DNA from: Styela clava
Lineage: Eukaryota
Assembly (NCBI RefSeq): GCF_964204865.1
Contig: NC_135255.1
Span: 14,632,001-14,696,000, forward strand
Direction of reading: 5' to 3'
DNA length: 64,000 nucleotides
Under the pieces are notes generated by a model that saw only the letters and a program-made list of their open reading frames with translations, was not told the DNA's origin and did no database searches. Each line of letters begins with the position of its first letter. Position 1 is the first letter of the stretch. Both the position numbers and the translations under genes were made by a program. Below are positions 1 to 14,200 of the stretch, in pieces.

Positions 1-529
1 CTCTTTATTTCTCCTCAATATGCATAAAGCTGATTTATTTGTTCAATCTTTCAAAGATCCTTAGCCAGTGTTATGAATGAGTTGCATTCCCGCTTTTGTA
101 CAGATTAAGTAGTTTATGTGTGCATAGATAAGCATTATAGTATCAAAAATAACAAATATTAGTAGTTCACTACAGCAACTACTAGTTGTACTACAGCAAA
201 TACTAAGAAAATTAGTCCTACAGAAAGACAAAATTACTCCTTGATTGAGAAATAAAAAGTTAAACAAAAACACAATTGTATGCCTGTTTTCGTAGAAATA
301 GTGAAACCGTCCCACTTAATAATGCTATATTTATACTATAAGTATAGTCATTTAAAAGAAATTTAGATTAAACAGACATCACGAAAAAGTAAAACACAAA
401 TGAAATTGAAGAGTAAAACTATTTATTAAACAAAACCATCTTCAATGAATTATGTATGACATATTTCCAGTTTTGGTTAAAAGATCATTAATCAATTTGA
501 AAATATAATATATTGAAAACTAAATGTAC

Positions 530-3500
530 CTGATGAGACCGCTGTTGAAATTTCCAGATGCCGGATCAAAACCTTTCTCCGCTAAGTTGCCGAACCCAAA
601 CCAGAATACAAGAACAGTGAGTGAGAGGATTAGGAAACGAACAACTGGATACAGGAAAGTCCATACACGAAATCTAAATGAAAATGAAGCATTCAACAGC
701 ATGTCTACGTGTTGGAGTGAGTATAATGCACTATAGAAAAATTCTTGGATTCGAAAATTTACCCATACACTGACATCCTTTTTATTTCCGTAATAATCAA
801 TCAACAATAAGTGAACAGTACTGTAACAATTGAAACTTAAGCACAGACGACACCTTTTTACTTTAATACAAATTTTGAGGCGCACTTTTAAATATAGACT
901 CAATTTAGTAGTTTGTGGAGCGTTATTTATTAGTTTATAGCATGTTTCCAAAATCGAGTTAAATTTCGGTCATTTAAAATGATCAATAATCAAAATGTCA
1001 AATAAATCCTCCCTGATATTACAAATTGTTAACAAACGAACACAACATTATCCTGGTTTTTATGAAAATTAGTATGACAGATAACAGAATAAAAAATGCA
1101 GCGAGTTGAAACTGGTGAATTTTACTATAAAAGTGTCAAATATCATCATAATAAACAATTTTACAGACTTAAACACAAAATGGTTCAGAAATTAATTTTA
1201 TTTAGGTATTAGATTGAATTAAAGGTATCAGATTAAAAATTGTGGAATTTTACCCGATTTGAGCATTTTCATCCTTCTCCGCAAAGTAAAGCATCCTTGA
1301 AACATGGAAAAGACATTCCATTGGATAGTGTAGAGCCAGTGTGACGATGCACAATTTCCAAAAACTAAATGAATGATGTAAAAAATAATGATAAATTTTA
1401 ACAATGAGATATCCTACAAAAAATTGATCAATGGAATGTGAAAATTTGGAAAAACTTTTGGTGTGGAGAAGGGCACTATTAAGAAAAATATTCGAATATA
1501 TTAATGCAGAGCATAATATTCATATTAGTGAACTATTTGGTTTTAATCAACATTCCAACTTTCTTAAAAGTTATTCAGGGACTCATTCAATTCAAAAACT
1601 GGATATCTACTTTGTATCCTAGAATCCTGTCTACCCCAATAAATCAAATTCTGAATAATGTAAAGGTATTAATTCTGAGATTATATTCTAGTTAGCATAA
1701 GAAATGCAGGGTTTTGCTTTTTACAAGTGGAAAAATAACTGACGAAGTTCCACATTTCAATAATACTGCTAACGAATAGAAAATATTTTTTACTTGGTGA
1801 AATATGCCGCAAAAATGAAGAAGAAATAAAGACAATAGTATTGGATACGAGTAGAAATTTCTTCTTTTCGAACTTTTTGCAGATACAGTTCAGGAAACAT
1901 ATGCAGCCAGTAAGCAAGCTAAAAATACGTAGATTTTTATTATCAGAAAGAAAAGTGAATAAAATATTGACCGGGGTTCTGCGGCACCCTAAGGTTTCGC
2001 CAGTACAGTAGAGTTTCCCAAGTTTACTTTCAAATCCGAAGTTCTATAATAATATGATTAGTTTTAGATATAATCAAATATATGTTAAGTTTGCCACATT
2101 ATTGAACTTGCTACATTTCAAATATCATTTTATTTTGCCAGCATAATGTTTGCTTTTATATATATTCATAGCTAGTTAAGTTTGCCACAATATTGAACTT
2201 GCTACACTTCAAATATCATATTGTTTTGACAGCATAAGGTTTGCTTCTATATATATTCATAGCTAATACAATTAAGAAAATAAAACTATTGTACAGTGTT
2301 ATTCAACCCTCTAGATCTAGAATGTTTCACTCGGGTTCCACTTTCCCAAAAAAGTTGAAAACCACTGAAGAATTACACGAAGAATCAGTTTAAACAGATT
2401 TATAATAAATATAATTTAGTCGGATGAACTATGGTTTGATGTTAAATAAACAGTAGCAACACATCCTTAACAGGAAGTTAAAGATGCTTCAATATTCTAT
2501 AAATACATTATGCAATCTGTTACTGAAATTAAAAACGACGATTTTATTGGCATTAGATTACAAATAATGATCGACAGCAACCAGGATAATTCATATAGTG
2601 GATTATGTAGTGAATTAATAAAACAAGCCCATATAAAATTCAAAACATTGTTCATAACCTAAATCACTCAATCACGCATGTTTTACAAAGAATTTCAACT
2701 TCTAAATTTATTATTATTGTATGATAGGGTATATAGATTATAACTAGACATAAAGAAGATATCGACTTGACGTTAAAATTCATTCATATCTGATCTTAGA
2801 TTACAGTGGCCTAATTCAATGTGATGAACGTTTTATGAACTCAGTTTCACTTTGAAAAACTAACAATCAGTAAAAAAATATTATCATGAGTATGACAGAT
2901 TTATTTTCATGACAACCATTTGTATGTTATATATATCATTCTGCCACATGTATTCAATTAAAACCATTTGAGAGCTCAGTGTTGCAAATTTTTGTTGGTT
3001 AGCGTTGAATATACGATTAAAAAAATTGAGTTTAAAAATAGCTAGAATCGAGAATATTTAAATAAACTAATTATACATGGCAACAGATTTCTAGGGATCA
3101 AACTAAAATGAAAATAAATCGCAAGATAGAATTCCTCAACATTGAACAATGCGATAAGGCTTGAATAAAATGTAAGAATAAACATACCTGGATGAGCATA
3201 AACAACTTGTTCTCCCAGCGCAAAACAGTATGGGGATATTCTTCCCATAGAGCGGAGACATTTGGAAGCAATTTTGACTGCAGGAAAGATAATATAAAGA
3301 TGTTTATTACAGAATTTTGGACTGAAATGTCTACTAATAATACCATGCTTATTTCATTATATATCAGTAATGATATGTTGGATAGATACTAATTTGGAAA
3401 TATAAAATACATAATTTTGATAAGATGGGTTTTTAAAAGTTTAGTAATAGTTGATGGCTGTATTACTGTATGCTCTCTATTAGAAGATATTTTTTTCATC

Positions 3501-5574
3501 ATGACATTTCATTCTATTGTTTCTACAACATTATTTATGCTTTTAATAGTTGCTTGAATAATGCTTTTTAACATTTATTTCAATAACCCTATAATACAAC
3601 TTGTGATAAAACTTGATACTTTGTTCAATTACCTGATGCACACAATATCCTGCCCAAATAGCAGAGACAGCAGACCACATGGACAGTTGCCCGGATTCAT
3701 TAAATTTGCTGGTTTTAGTTTTGGAAAGATGAAGCTTCCTTGACATTTTCTGAAAAAAAAAAAAAAAAAAATAGTACGAAAATATTTCAAATAGGCCTAC
3801 AGTGTATAGTTGGATGTATAAAGTAATTTCACATTTAAATGTCATTGCGAAGAACAGGAACTTATTCAGCATCATTTAAGTCTATTGACATTTGTATAAT
3901 TATAATTTATACCAACCATTATAAAAGACTTTAACTTTTCAATTTGCCATTTAAATTTTAAACCACTCAAAAGCTATCAAAAATAACAACATATATTCGT
4001 ACCAGGGTGGTCAAAACCAAATATTTCACTATTCTGAATACCATCATGAAAATGTATTTTTGAATATTGAATTTAGAATGCATTCTAAAACGAGGGCAAG
4101 ATCATGCAAAAAATAACTTAAATCACTGAACCTTCATGTTGATCACATCTAAAACGACATAAATCTAAAGGTTTATTGTTTTCTCTGTGTTGTTTTTTTA
4201 TCAGTTGAGATATGGTGGGTTTTCGTCTAGCAGCTCAAAATCTCTAATTTTCAAATATACGGTAAGTATCCTACATTATATAAAAAGTTTAAAAAATTTT
4301 TCATAACGAGTATAATGGAATTCAATTGTATCCAAATCGTTTTGGACGCCCCTGAATTTTGCAAACTTCATGATTTGGTAATATAGTTTTATTTTAATAT
4401 AATGATATCGCAGCATGAGGAAATCGATATTTATTGCAATAAGGGTTAGAACAATATCCGTCTAAAAAGTTGTATTGATTTTATACAATACTGGTAGTCT
4501 GGTACTCACATCAATTATATACTCTTGAATAACTGCATGAACAACAATGACAATCAACATTTGAAAAATCACTGTGAAAGCATCAAACCAACCTCTGTTG
4601 AAATCAACTGGAAATTTCTCTGCGCAATAAAAAGGGTTGAATGTTTAAAATTTATATCAGGGCGCTTGAGAATATAATTATTCAACTTCACAGATGATGA
4701 GGATATTTGATAACCACTAAATTATATAAATTTCACATAAATGACAATAGCTACATACAAATAACACTAAAAAAAATACATAAGTGTACAAAATACACAG
4801 TGTGTACATATGGATCCTAGTGAAATTACTGTTATTGGAGTGCAAAAAACTCAATTTGTCATCCAAAATTTGCTTTTCAGTCATTAAAGAGTTGCATTCT
4901 ATTTCTCTGTAGACGGCATCGCATAGGCTTCTGATACTGGACTTCTTATAGATATATTTGAGCATTGGTGAATTCAGATTGATTTTGAGAAAATACAAAA
5001 GTTACGTATGTAATAATAAAATTACCAATAACTTCATCATCTTCTTCATTTACTTCTTCATCTTGTTTAAGACCATATTGCAGGAAAACAAACAATCTAC
5101 TGATCTTTGCAGTGGCCTGAAAATAAAACAGAATACATGTTAAAATTGTAACACTATGTCTTATATATAAAACATCAATCAATTGAAAGAATAAATTACT
5201 CCAATCGAGCACCAAATTGATATATCAAGTATAGTCGAGAAAGGGCATTGTAATTAAAAATAGGTCTAAATAGCAAACAATCAAAAAAGACAAAAATATA
5301 CCAATTTTTTAGTTGAAATGTTTCGCAATGTTACAAATATTGTTTGTTTTGGCTGCCCAACCTAACAAAATAAGTTGTGAGAGTGTAATGTGAGAGATTT
5401 GTGAACTACACATTACAACGATTTCAATGTAGTAGAAAATAAAGAATGTACCTCAAATAGAAGTCCTAAAATGATGACGATTGCAGTACATGATACAATA
5501 TCTGCATGATTTTGTATAACAAACTCATGACTCATTATTGGCGGACTTTTGCTCTTCTTTCTTGGCATTCCCAT
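530..5574 (-). CDS. TRAM1: Translocating chain-associated membrane protein (TRAM1-like, TLC domain); 8 coding exons in window, 3' end beyond left edge
   Basis: GT-AG exons 5574-5452, 5116-5026, 4607-4510, 3749-3633, 3277-3188, 1918-1794, 1364-1254 and 673-530 join in frame. They give [29 protein letters not shown]..., [39 protein letters not shown] and FDPASGNFN, matching hallmark TRAM1 motifs ([42 protein letters not shown]). Confidence 0.95.
2085..2265 (+). repeat. Local tandem duplication, 2 x ~91 bp, in TRAM1 intron
   Basis: taagtttgccaca(t/a)tattgaacttgctaca...tatatattcatagcta occurs twice in succession (~2086 and ~2177). Confidence 0.85.
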
Positions 5575-6289
5575 GGTGCTGTGTTATCTGATACTTTCTT
5601 AAGCTATTTAAGATTACCTTACAAAGTTTAACAGCAAATCCCTGAATCCTGCAAATTCAAAATTCAGAGACTGATCAGAAATAGTGACTAAAAACAGTCA
5701 CAATGGTTCCTAATCAAGGTGGGAAGTTCTAAGTCTGGAGCATAGAACTGTAGAATTTCAATTTGAGATCATCCTGCGAATTCTTGGGTTCGTTAATTCA
5801 AGTTCATGTACAAATAATCAGGATAAACATCCAAAAATACCAAAGACATGAATTGTGTTGATACTTTTTCTTTCTATGCCTATAAAATTGAGAATTTTTG
5901 AATATTGTTAGCTTGAAATATTATTTCTGTATTTGGTTAATATAAACAAATTCAGCTAAACAAGCAACAATCTGTCAGTGTAGCCTTATACCAGAATACT
6001 GTAAAAACAATAACTGAATACTTGACTAACCCGACACTTTCCGCTGTTCTGTTTGCTGGCCTGTGCACCAAACTGCAAACAACTAGGCCTACAGAACTAG
6101 GGAATCTGAGAATTTTACATCGCAAAAAGATACAAGTAGGTACCATACGGTTCCGAATACCGTCTGTTTTGAAGGAAGAAAACGTACGGTAAGTCTATAA
6201 ATTATGTAATTAATTCTTCCCTTAATACCGTAATTCGGCACGGTAACATAAAACGAATCGCAAATATAAAACAAGACTATATAGTGAGG

Positions 6290-6430
6290 GAGCACGCGCT
6301 ACACGCTGTGTATGACGTCATATTGAAATTGTTGTAGCATATGTTTTAGATTGTTCATTATGACGTTGCACGACTCTTCCAACACGTCGACAATCGGCGC
6401 TGCTTGTTCACCGAAGCATGTCTACGGCTT
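6290..6430. promoter_or_regulatory. Candidate TRAM1 promoter with CRE/ATF palindrome TGACGTCA (6313-6320)
   Basis: Local CpG-rich patch ~0.7 kb upstream of the TRAM1 ATG with a perfect TGACGTCA and a TGACGT half-site near 6361. Function is inferred. Confidence 0.4.
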
Positions 6431-9400
6431 GAGTGTGTGTTTTAGAAGTCGTCTTGAAAATTTTATTTCTAAAAATGTAATATAGGAGCCGTGTGTAACA
6501 TTAAGTTATCATTTGGTCACTGGTTTGCATTTTTATAATTTTGTTCAATTTTTACGGGCGGGTCACATATACTTTGCAATGGCGCTTCAGAAAATCATTT
6601 TTGCGAAGACCCGCACTAAGAAAAGTACTTAATTTTTTAGATACTATATCAGTTTATACCATTAGTTAAAATTTAATTACACGAAATATTCCAAATTAAA
6701 GATTTAAAAAAAAAATATGTTAGACGACAGTAAACACATCAACTGAAACAAATTTATTTGACAAAGCAAAGGAACTCATTTGCAGTAGATTTTCGTGAAT
6801 GAATATTGAAAAAAAAATTCACAACTTTCTCCAAAAGCAGGAGGCTACACAAATGCACTAGCGGGCAACATGCGGTCAATGAAGGTAGTTTGATCATCCC
6901 TGCCAAATCCCGTAGGATATAATTTTGTGCGAGAACGTTGCTGGACCTGCATCATTGCAGTGCGACAAATTAACGACTGGTCGGCTACCGCTTCCTCCTG
7001 CATGTATCCAAGTCGATAAATTTTTTCCTAACGATAATGGAAAATAAAACATCCTCATACCTTATCCTGCCTTTGAAAACGAAAAAGACTTATGTTATGC
7101 TACTGCGTGATATTCTGAGTGACCTTGATTCAGTAAACAGAGAAGAGTTTTCTTCGCGAAACGACTCTTTATCAATCGTTGTTCCGCATTATGACAGATA
7201 CCGAAAACATATTTAAGGATTCCAGTGGAGCACACGTTCATGCCTGCAAAACCTACGAACAAACCAGGCGATATAATTTATAGTGGAGAGAAATTCTTTT
7301 TAGCGCAGAGGTTCCCAAATTAGGGTACATGTACCCCCAGATGTACATTTCTACATTTCTGGAGGTGGACTAAAAATATAACGTTTTGCTTTTTTGAAAC
7401 ACAACAGACAATTAAACGATTGTTTATCGTAACGCCCAGGGCTATAAATAATCGGTAGCTATTTTGAATATGCAAATCGCATGACGATGATTGTTGGGTT
7501 CAACCAGCAGAGACTATAGAGAAGGATTATCACTTAAATCGTGGTCCAAAAGGATGCGCCGCTTCTTGCCGCGCGCCGCGCAAATTAACAGAATGTTAAA
7601 CATGATTCAAATATAATTGAATATTTTACAAATTGTATTTATTATTAATGTTTCGTTATTTTAAATGCTGTGTATATGAAGCACTAAATTCATTTTACCT
7701 TTATAGTTTTACGTAGTGTAGCTATAGAGATAAATTACACTCAATTTTGTTATCGACAACTTTGCGCCTTTTTAAAGTTTGCAGACATGTATAGGCCTAA
7801 AAAAACACTAAAAACCGATGTCCTAGTGCATAGGTTCTCAAAGCTTGCAAAAATCCCACTGTCGGCGTTAAAATCTCAGTAAGTACAATTTACAATCGCG
7901 CAATCAATAACCGATGTGGGCGTATTTAAAATGCCTTGTTTATTGACTCAATTGTGTTCAATGTAATTTTTTGCGATAAAAGTTGATTGATATACTTAAA
8001 TTTAGGTTGCGGATTCACCTCTTTATTAATTATTTTTCGTTTTCCACACTGAACTCACAATTCTTTACAACAAAAAAGTAATTATCGTCGTCCTCGTGGA
8101 ACGATACATGCATAACAAAATTCAATCGCGCACGTTATTAGCGACTTTTTTCAGTCTTCCAAAAACATCAATTTATTAGTATGTTTGTCAAGTGTCAAAT
8201 ATACAGCCTTAGTATATATAATTGGACACGTTTAGTGGACATAACGATCGTTTTGTTGTTATGTTGTTCTTTGACACGTTTTGGACACGTCAGGAACATT
8301 AATCGGTAGTTAACAATGTGTTTTTGCTCGTATTTTTTAAATTTATTTGTGGGGCTCCGTGAATAATAGTCAACCTCTTCGCGTGCTCCCTAACACTAAA
8401 AGTTTGAGAACCCCTGTCCTAGTGGATTAGAGATCTCAACCCTTCCCGGCGTCGTATGTTGAATAAATGCGCAATCCTCTTCGACGCTTTTTTCTGTCAT
8501 TTCCTTCCGTATTTCCTACAGATCCCTATCCACCGTCTCTATCTAATCTCTCGTGTCCAGCCCTCCTCGATACCCCTTCTTACTCACCTTTCCTGTTCCT
8601 TCTACCCTTCTTGATATTTCCATGCCCAGACTTCTTCTATCAACTTTCCTGTCTAATATTCCAGCTCCTTTATCCCGCCTTATGTCCCCTCGCCCAAACC
8701 GCCTGCATACTCTTTCCTGCCTAACATCCCCACTCCCTCCCTTCCGGGTCTTTCTACTCGCGACACTTCAATGACCTCAATGACTCACCCTTCGCTTGCC
8801 TACTACTTATCTAAACCGTACGAAAATAACCTTACAATCTAATCTTCTGTACAGCGGACCCAACATGTGAGCTTTAATTACGGTAAATATGCTAACGAAG
8901 TTAATGAGTTAAACCGAAACAAAACACAATATATTTCAAACTTTACAACCTAAAGTGCATAGAATTGTGCCAGGTCCAATGTTTAAATGGGAATCTCCAT
9001 GATTGATCCCCGGGCTGTGTCCGTTGTCTTGTTTGAATACTATCAAAAGTAGCCGAGTCACTGGAATTGATTAGGTGTTCGCCGCCTGCTCATTAAGTTT
9101 GGTAATTTATTAGCAGCCACCACAATTATTGGTTTACGTTAAAAGACTAATATGCGCAGAAGAAAACTCGGACAAAAAAGGGTAATTTGTCCCCGAGCGT
9201 TTTATTCATAGTCAAGATCATTTATGATTGCATAAATTGGGGACTTTTAGAATTTTAGCAATTTATCTCATATTATTATTTTCGCAGATTGCCGTGATAT
9301 TTTGGAGCAGTAATGCTTTTATTCTATTGTGAGTCGACGCAACCACGAGTTGCGTTCAACAGAATCAAATTAATATAGAAAGACATTGTATACTCTCGTA

Positions 9401-10013
9401 GCTCCAAGGATAGAATATCACGAATGCGAATATTATAAACGAACGCGCAATTGCATAAATCGTTTCAGAAGCCCTTTCTTGGGAATTTCCGATTTTAACC
9501 CCCTGGCTGCGTCCTTGCATGCATCACTTTCCATAAGTAAATTGTATAAATTACATAAGTAAATATTTCCTGCTTTGAAGAAGAACGTAGCTGTATATTA
9601 AAATATTTCCGACAAATTTAACTGATTTTCGCGCATCCATCGAATTTATCATACGAAATTACCGTCCATTCAATGTAGTATTCCATGATCTATCATGACT
9701 TCTACGGGGTTTGGTGCTACTACAGAGAAGAAAAAAACTGTCGAGACACCGGTTTACTATTATCTGTCCTAGGCAATGTTATGTATCGTTAACTGGTATT
9801 ATCATTGCTTTTCAAATCCAAATAGTGCGCCGTGGCGATTTACTGAGTGCGCCCCGAAAATTAACAGATTTGTGTTAAACTACGGTGGCGAGTTTTTTCC
9901 TTATAATAGGGCGACACAAGAACCAAACGTTTGAGAACCGCTATAGCATAGCACAGTTATCTGGATGTAATATCTGTGCATGGGTATTTAACGTCAATCG
10001 TGATGTTGTATAG

Positions 10014-10216
10014 GGTTCCATTACATTTGAACCCACGTACATTTGAACCCATGACATTTTCACCTGTATGCTATTGTACCTATGGAATTTTTTTTGTTTC
10101 ACGGATAGTTAAACCCATACTAACCCTAACCCATGGGTTTTAGCACCCGCATATAGATTGAACCCGTGGATATACGCCAGGGTTCAAATGTACATGGGTT
10201 CAAATGTACGGTCACC
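10014..10216. mobile_element. Mutator-like (MULE) MITE with 9-bp TSD
   Basis: TSD GTTGTATAG at 10005-10013 and 10217-10225. Imperfect ~37-bp TIRs built from repeated TACATTTGAACCC. Confidence 0.8.
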
Positions 10217-11295
10217 GTTGTATAGCTACTGGCTATGATTCAAAATACAATATCGAGACAGAAGGATTGTGGATGCGAGTTTTTTCTAACATTTTTACCT
10301 TTGGAATTCGATGAGCTTCTAAGCTTAATAATAAAACTCCGCACTCAAAGATATATAAACAAATATTTTTTGTTTTCGTAACATGATGAAAAACCAACTT
10401 GCGTGGTACATTCAGTCAATCGTATTTAATGAAGTGTATTGGCACGGTGATGAATGGCCCATGTGATTATGTTTGATTACTAGAAGCTGATAATACAAAA
10501 TCACTGATCTATGCCATTTTCCTATTTGTTGTGGTTTACACATTGTTGTGTCGATATACGACACCGTTTAACAAACCTTGTCGGATCTCACGTTGCATTA
10601 CAATACTTCTCAGGGTATTCCGATCGCCATTGTATCAATATTTAGAGTAAAAACAATATTGTATTTGCGATACGTCAGTCTTGTGTACGGCTGTCGGATT
10701 TGATCACGATGAGAAAGTAGGGCATGACAGACAGCCTTGAAAGGGCAAGATTTGAAAAATTTCGAAGAGTCAGAAAAATGTGTCATCCGCGAAATGGATG
10801 GCAGTTATTATTGCTGTCACCTTACAATTACGCGTTTTCATTTGACGAGCTATTCAACAAATTCTTATGTTTAGTTGGTTCGACAAAATTTTCAATGAAT
10901 GGAATAGCTTTTCAATTTGTTTTATTTAATCGGTTTTAAATTTTAGTTGCCTTCGCAGGTAATACCGCTCCTGTGTCATATTATTTAGTCCGAATTACAG
11001 TAAAAATTGATTTAGTCAAGATACACTCTTTGGAAGCTAATTTAGAACCATTTAGCGGTCGAGGTGAGCATTTTGTACGCATAAAACAGATTGCAAATAT
11101 CCCGCGTTCGTATCTGAGATATTTTTTGATTACAAATTAAACAGAGCATAAGTGGATTGAAGACACAAGACGTTGAGACCACTTGAGTTCATGAAACATT
11201 TTTTCTTTTGAGTTCTCAAGTGCGAGTCAACGATTTAAACATCTGGCAGTTTTGTAGCATTTACTGTAACAGGACAGGCACAGTCGGTAGAAAAT

Positions 11296-14200
11296 ATGGC
11301 AGTCAAATCAAAGCAGGGTATTCCTACCCAAAAAGTAATAACTATAAAGCATGGAAGTGCACCTGAAATCCAGGCTGTAAACATATCTGTGAAGAAAAGA
11401 AGATCTGGTAAGTATGGGGTGAAACTATCGGTATAGCATAGGAACCAATCTCTGATTTTTTTTTAATTGACCGAATTCACAAGAATCGGAAATATTTTTG
11501 TGACGATAAATTGTCGCATTGGTTCAGATGAGGCCGACAAGTAATTAATTTTTCTATGTTCGGGTTTGTATAGTACCTAACAACCTTGCAATCAACTTCA
11601 TAAGTCAACAATCTATGTTCCATTTATATATCGTCACGCTAATAACCGAATTGCGTAAGTCATTTTTGGCGATTTTGAGTTTTTTTTTATAAAATAGGTA
11701 TTTATGTAATGCCGCGCACCTGTCTGTTAACTCAGATTTTATTTTAAGAATTCCGAAACCCATAAAAATGGAGATTTAGTATGACATGCACATTTGTGCA
11801 ATTGTTTCGTCATAATGAATTATCTTTGTTACCTCAGGACTATTCTGACGTCACAAAGGCAAAATAACCTCGGCGAAGTATTTTCGAGTTTTTGCATCTC
11901 GGATTCTAGCTTAGCGCGTATTAATTTGAATTTATACTGCAGTACAGGAAGATGTGCACTTGTGATATTCACTGTCCGAGTCCAATTCACCTTGGTTGGC
12001 TTTTATATTGGGTGCATTGATGTTTTATTCTTTATTTTTATTCTTAGTCTTATTTCGGTGGGTGTGCAGAACGTGTTATATTGATGAAATATATATTTTT
12101 AAACATAAAAAATAATGTAATTGAAACTGATTAGCTATTTTGGGGATACGACATTGTAGATACTGAGAATTACATTCGTTTTAGGAATGTTTAGTTTTCA
12201 GGACTGGTGCATATATATAGTAAAGTTGCAAAATTGCGTATGTCCCCAAGTCATAGACACATTTCTGCCTAAGTGACAGTGCGCCATTATGACGTCACTT
12301 AACTGCGTCATACAAATTAACTTAAATCCGGCTACGATCATAAAATTGAACCATGGCAAATTATTGTCTCTCAATGGCATAACAATATCATTCGGAAGTT
12401 TTTTTACGTTTTTCTCAAAACTGCTAAAAATGACTTACGCTATTCGGTTATTAGCGTGACGATATGTAACCTATTTTTTGTAATCTAATAATTTGTTCAC
12501 TCCCAATAGATGCATCCAGGCAAAGCGATGAAGTTATGTTTCAAGGAGTTGTTGATATGGAACAACCATTTTATCGAAAACGTCCGCCGAGCAAAACCAT
12601 GACAACGACAAAGTCAACGATGACAAACGATGATGAATACCAGACCGAGGTTACGAAGGAAGAAGGACAGGGGACTCCTGTGACGTCGGGTATGGGCGAT
12701 GATCTCGTGGAACAGATAGATGACACGACTGATGAAATTCACATTGCGACAGTGAAAAACGCGCAACACAAAGCTTTAGCATGGAAAATGACACCCAAGG
12801 TAAACATATTTTAAACTTTCAAAGTTTGAAAACATACTAAATCCAAAAACATGTTGTCATAAAATCTGTATATGAAACGGACAAGTGTGATGAAACATAT
12901 TGTTCCCATCAGTGATTGAAAGCGTTCAAATGAATTGAGATAAAACAGCAAAATTTTGAGTGACCTATTGGTTCCGTTAGACTCGGAGAAAATTTGAATA
13001 AAATTAAAATCCTTCTGAAAATATGGAGCAACAATAATAATTGAGCGAAACGATCCATGATTCAACGCCGTGTCAATAAATATAATCGGCAATCTCATAT
13101 ATATATGCTTAAAGATAGGTAAACGTAACCAGCACAAGGGCCACATCGGAGAAAAAAGAATCGTATACTCGTATTATATAGTTGTACATCCAAATAATCA
13201 AACGTTCTACAGGTTCATTTTCCCGTTCGAGAGGATTCACCTCTTTTGACTTCACTTCCTCCTGCGTCTATTCATCAATATCAAGGAAGTTGGATGGCTC
13301 CGAGTCAAGCTGTAGTGAGTTGACTATAAATGTGTAAAACAAATAATTAATATTGATATTATGGTTATTATGCTAGCTTTTTAAAGTGCAAGTAAATAAT
13401 ATTTCACATTCTGAAATGAAAACGAATCGAAATAATATTTATATATATATATTATGTATGTATACAAACCGCGACCTCAACGCTGAACTTCTTCGATAGT
13501 CGCCAGATACTTTATTGTTGAGGTTTACATTATATTTGTCAATTCAAAAGCCATGTATTAAATTTATGTAAAGTGTGTCATATTAATTTAGAGTACGTAG
13601 TGACATACATACATTTCTGAAATGAGGGACCTGTGCGATACAAAATATAACCTGTTATGAACTTTTGTACCCTATTACTGGTTACAACGTAAATTTGCGA
13701 GTCCTTCTTAGCAAAAAAATATTGCTCTGTCGTCTATCATACCCATATGACAACTAGAATTTGATTCAACAAATTTATTTCTAGGATTGGAATTATCTTC
13801 CAGAACCCGTTATCGATCCGCCATTTGAACACCGACCTGATAAGTCATACGTCATTCATCAAAACCAACCCATTCCATTGAATCCACTCAAGGTAATATA
13901 TAGGTATCTTTTAAAGCACGTAAGCTATTTAGCAAATCTGCCTACGTGCATCCGCGAATGAATTTGTAATTTTCTCTTCGAATAGAAGTTTTTCTTCATA
14001 ATTTAAAAGCTCAACCTAAATGATTATATAAAATTACCAAACATTAATTGAATAAATTCCGCAAATGCCGTAATAATTACTCCATATTTAGGTGTGGCCT
14101 GGCTACGGAGGAAACTTGTATTTTGAACCAGTACGAGTAGAGACGAAACCGTTGAATATTAGAGAAGAAAATGGGCGACAAATTGGTAATTATGGAATCA

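Noticed and set aside
10120-10133. Telomeric TAACCC repeats
   Set aside because: Only two units, internal to a MULE-like MITE.
12198-12380. Duplicated ORF (also 20427-20837) suggesting a paralogous gene pair
   Set aside because: Both lie inside copies of the same non-autonomous TIR element and show no transposase or other motifs.
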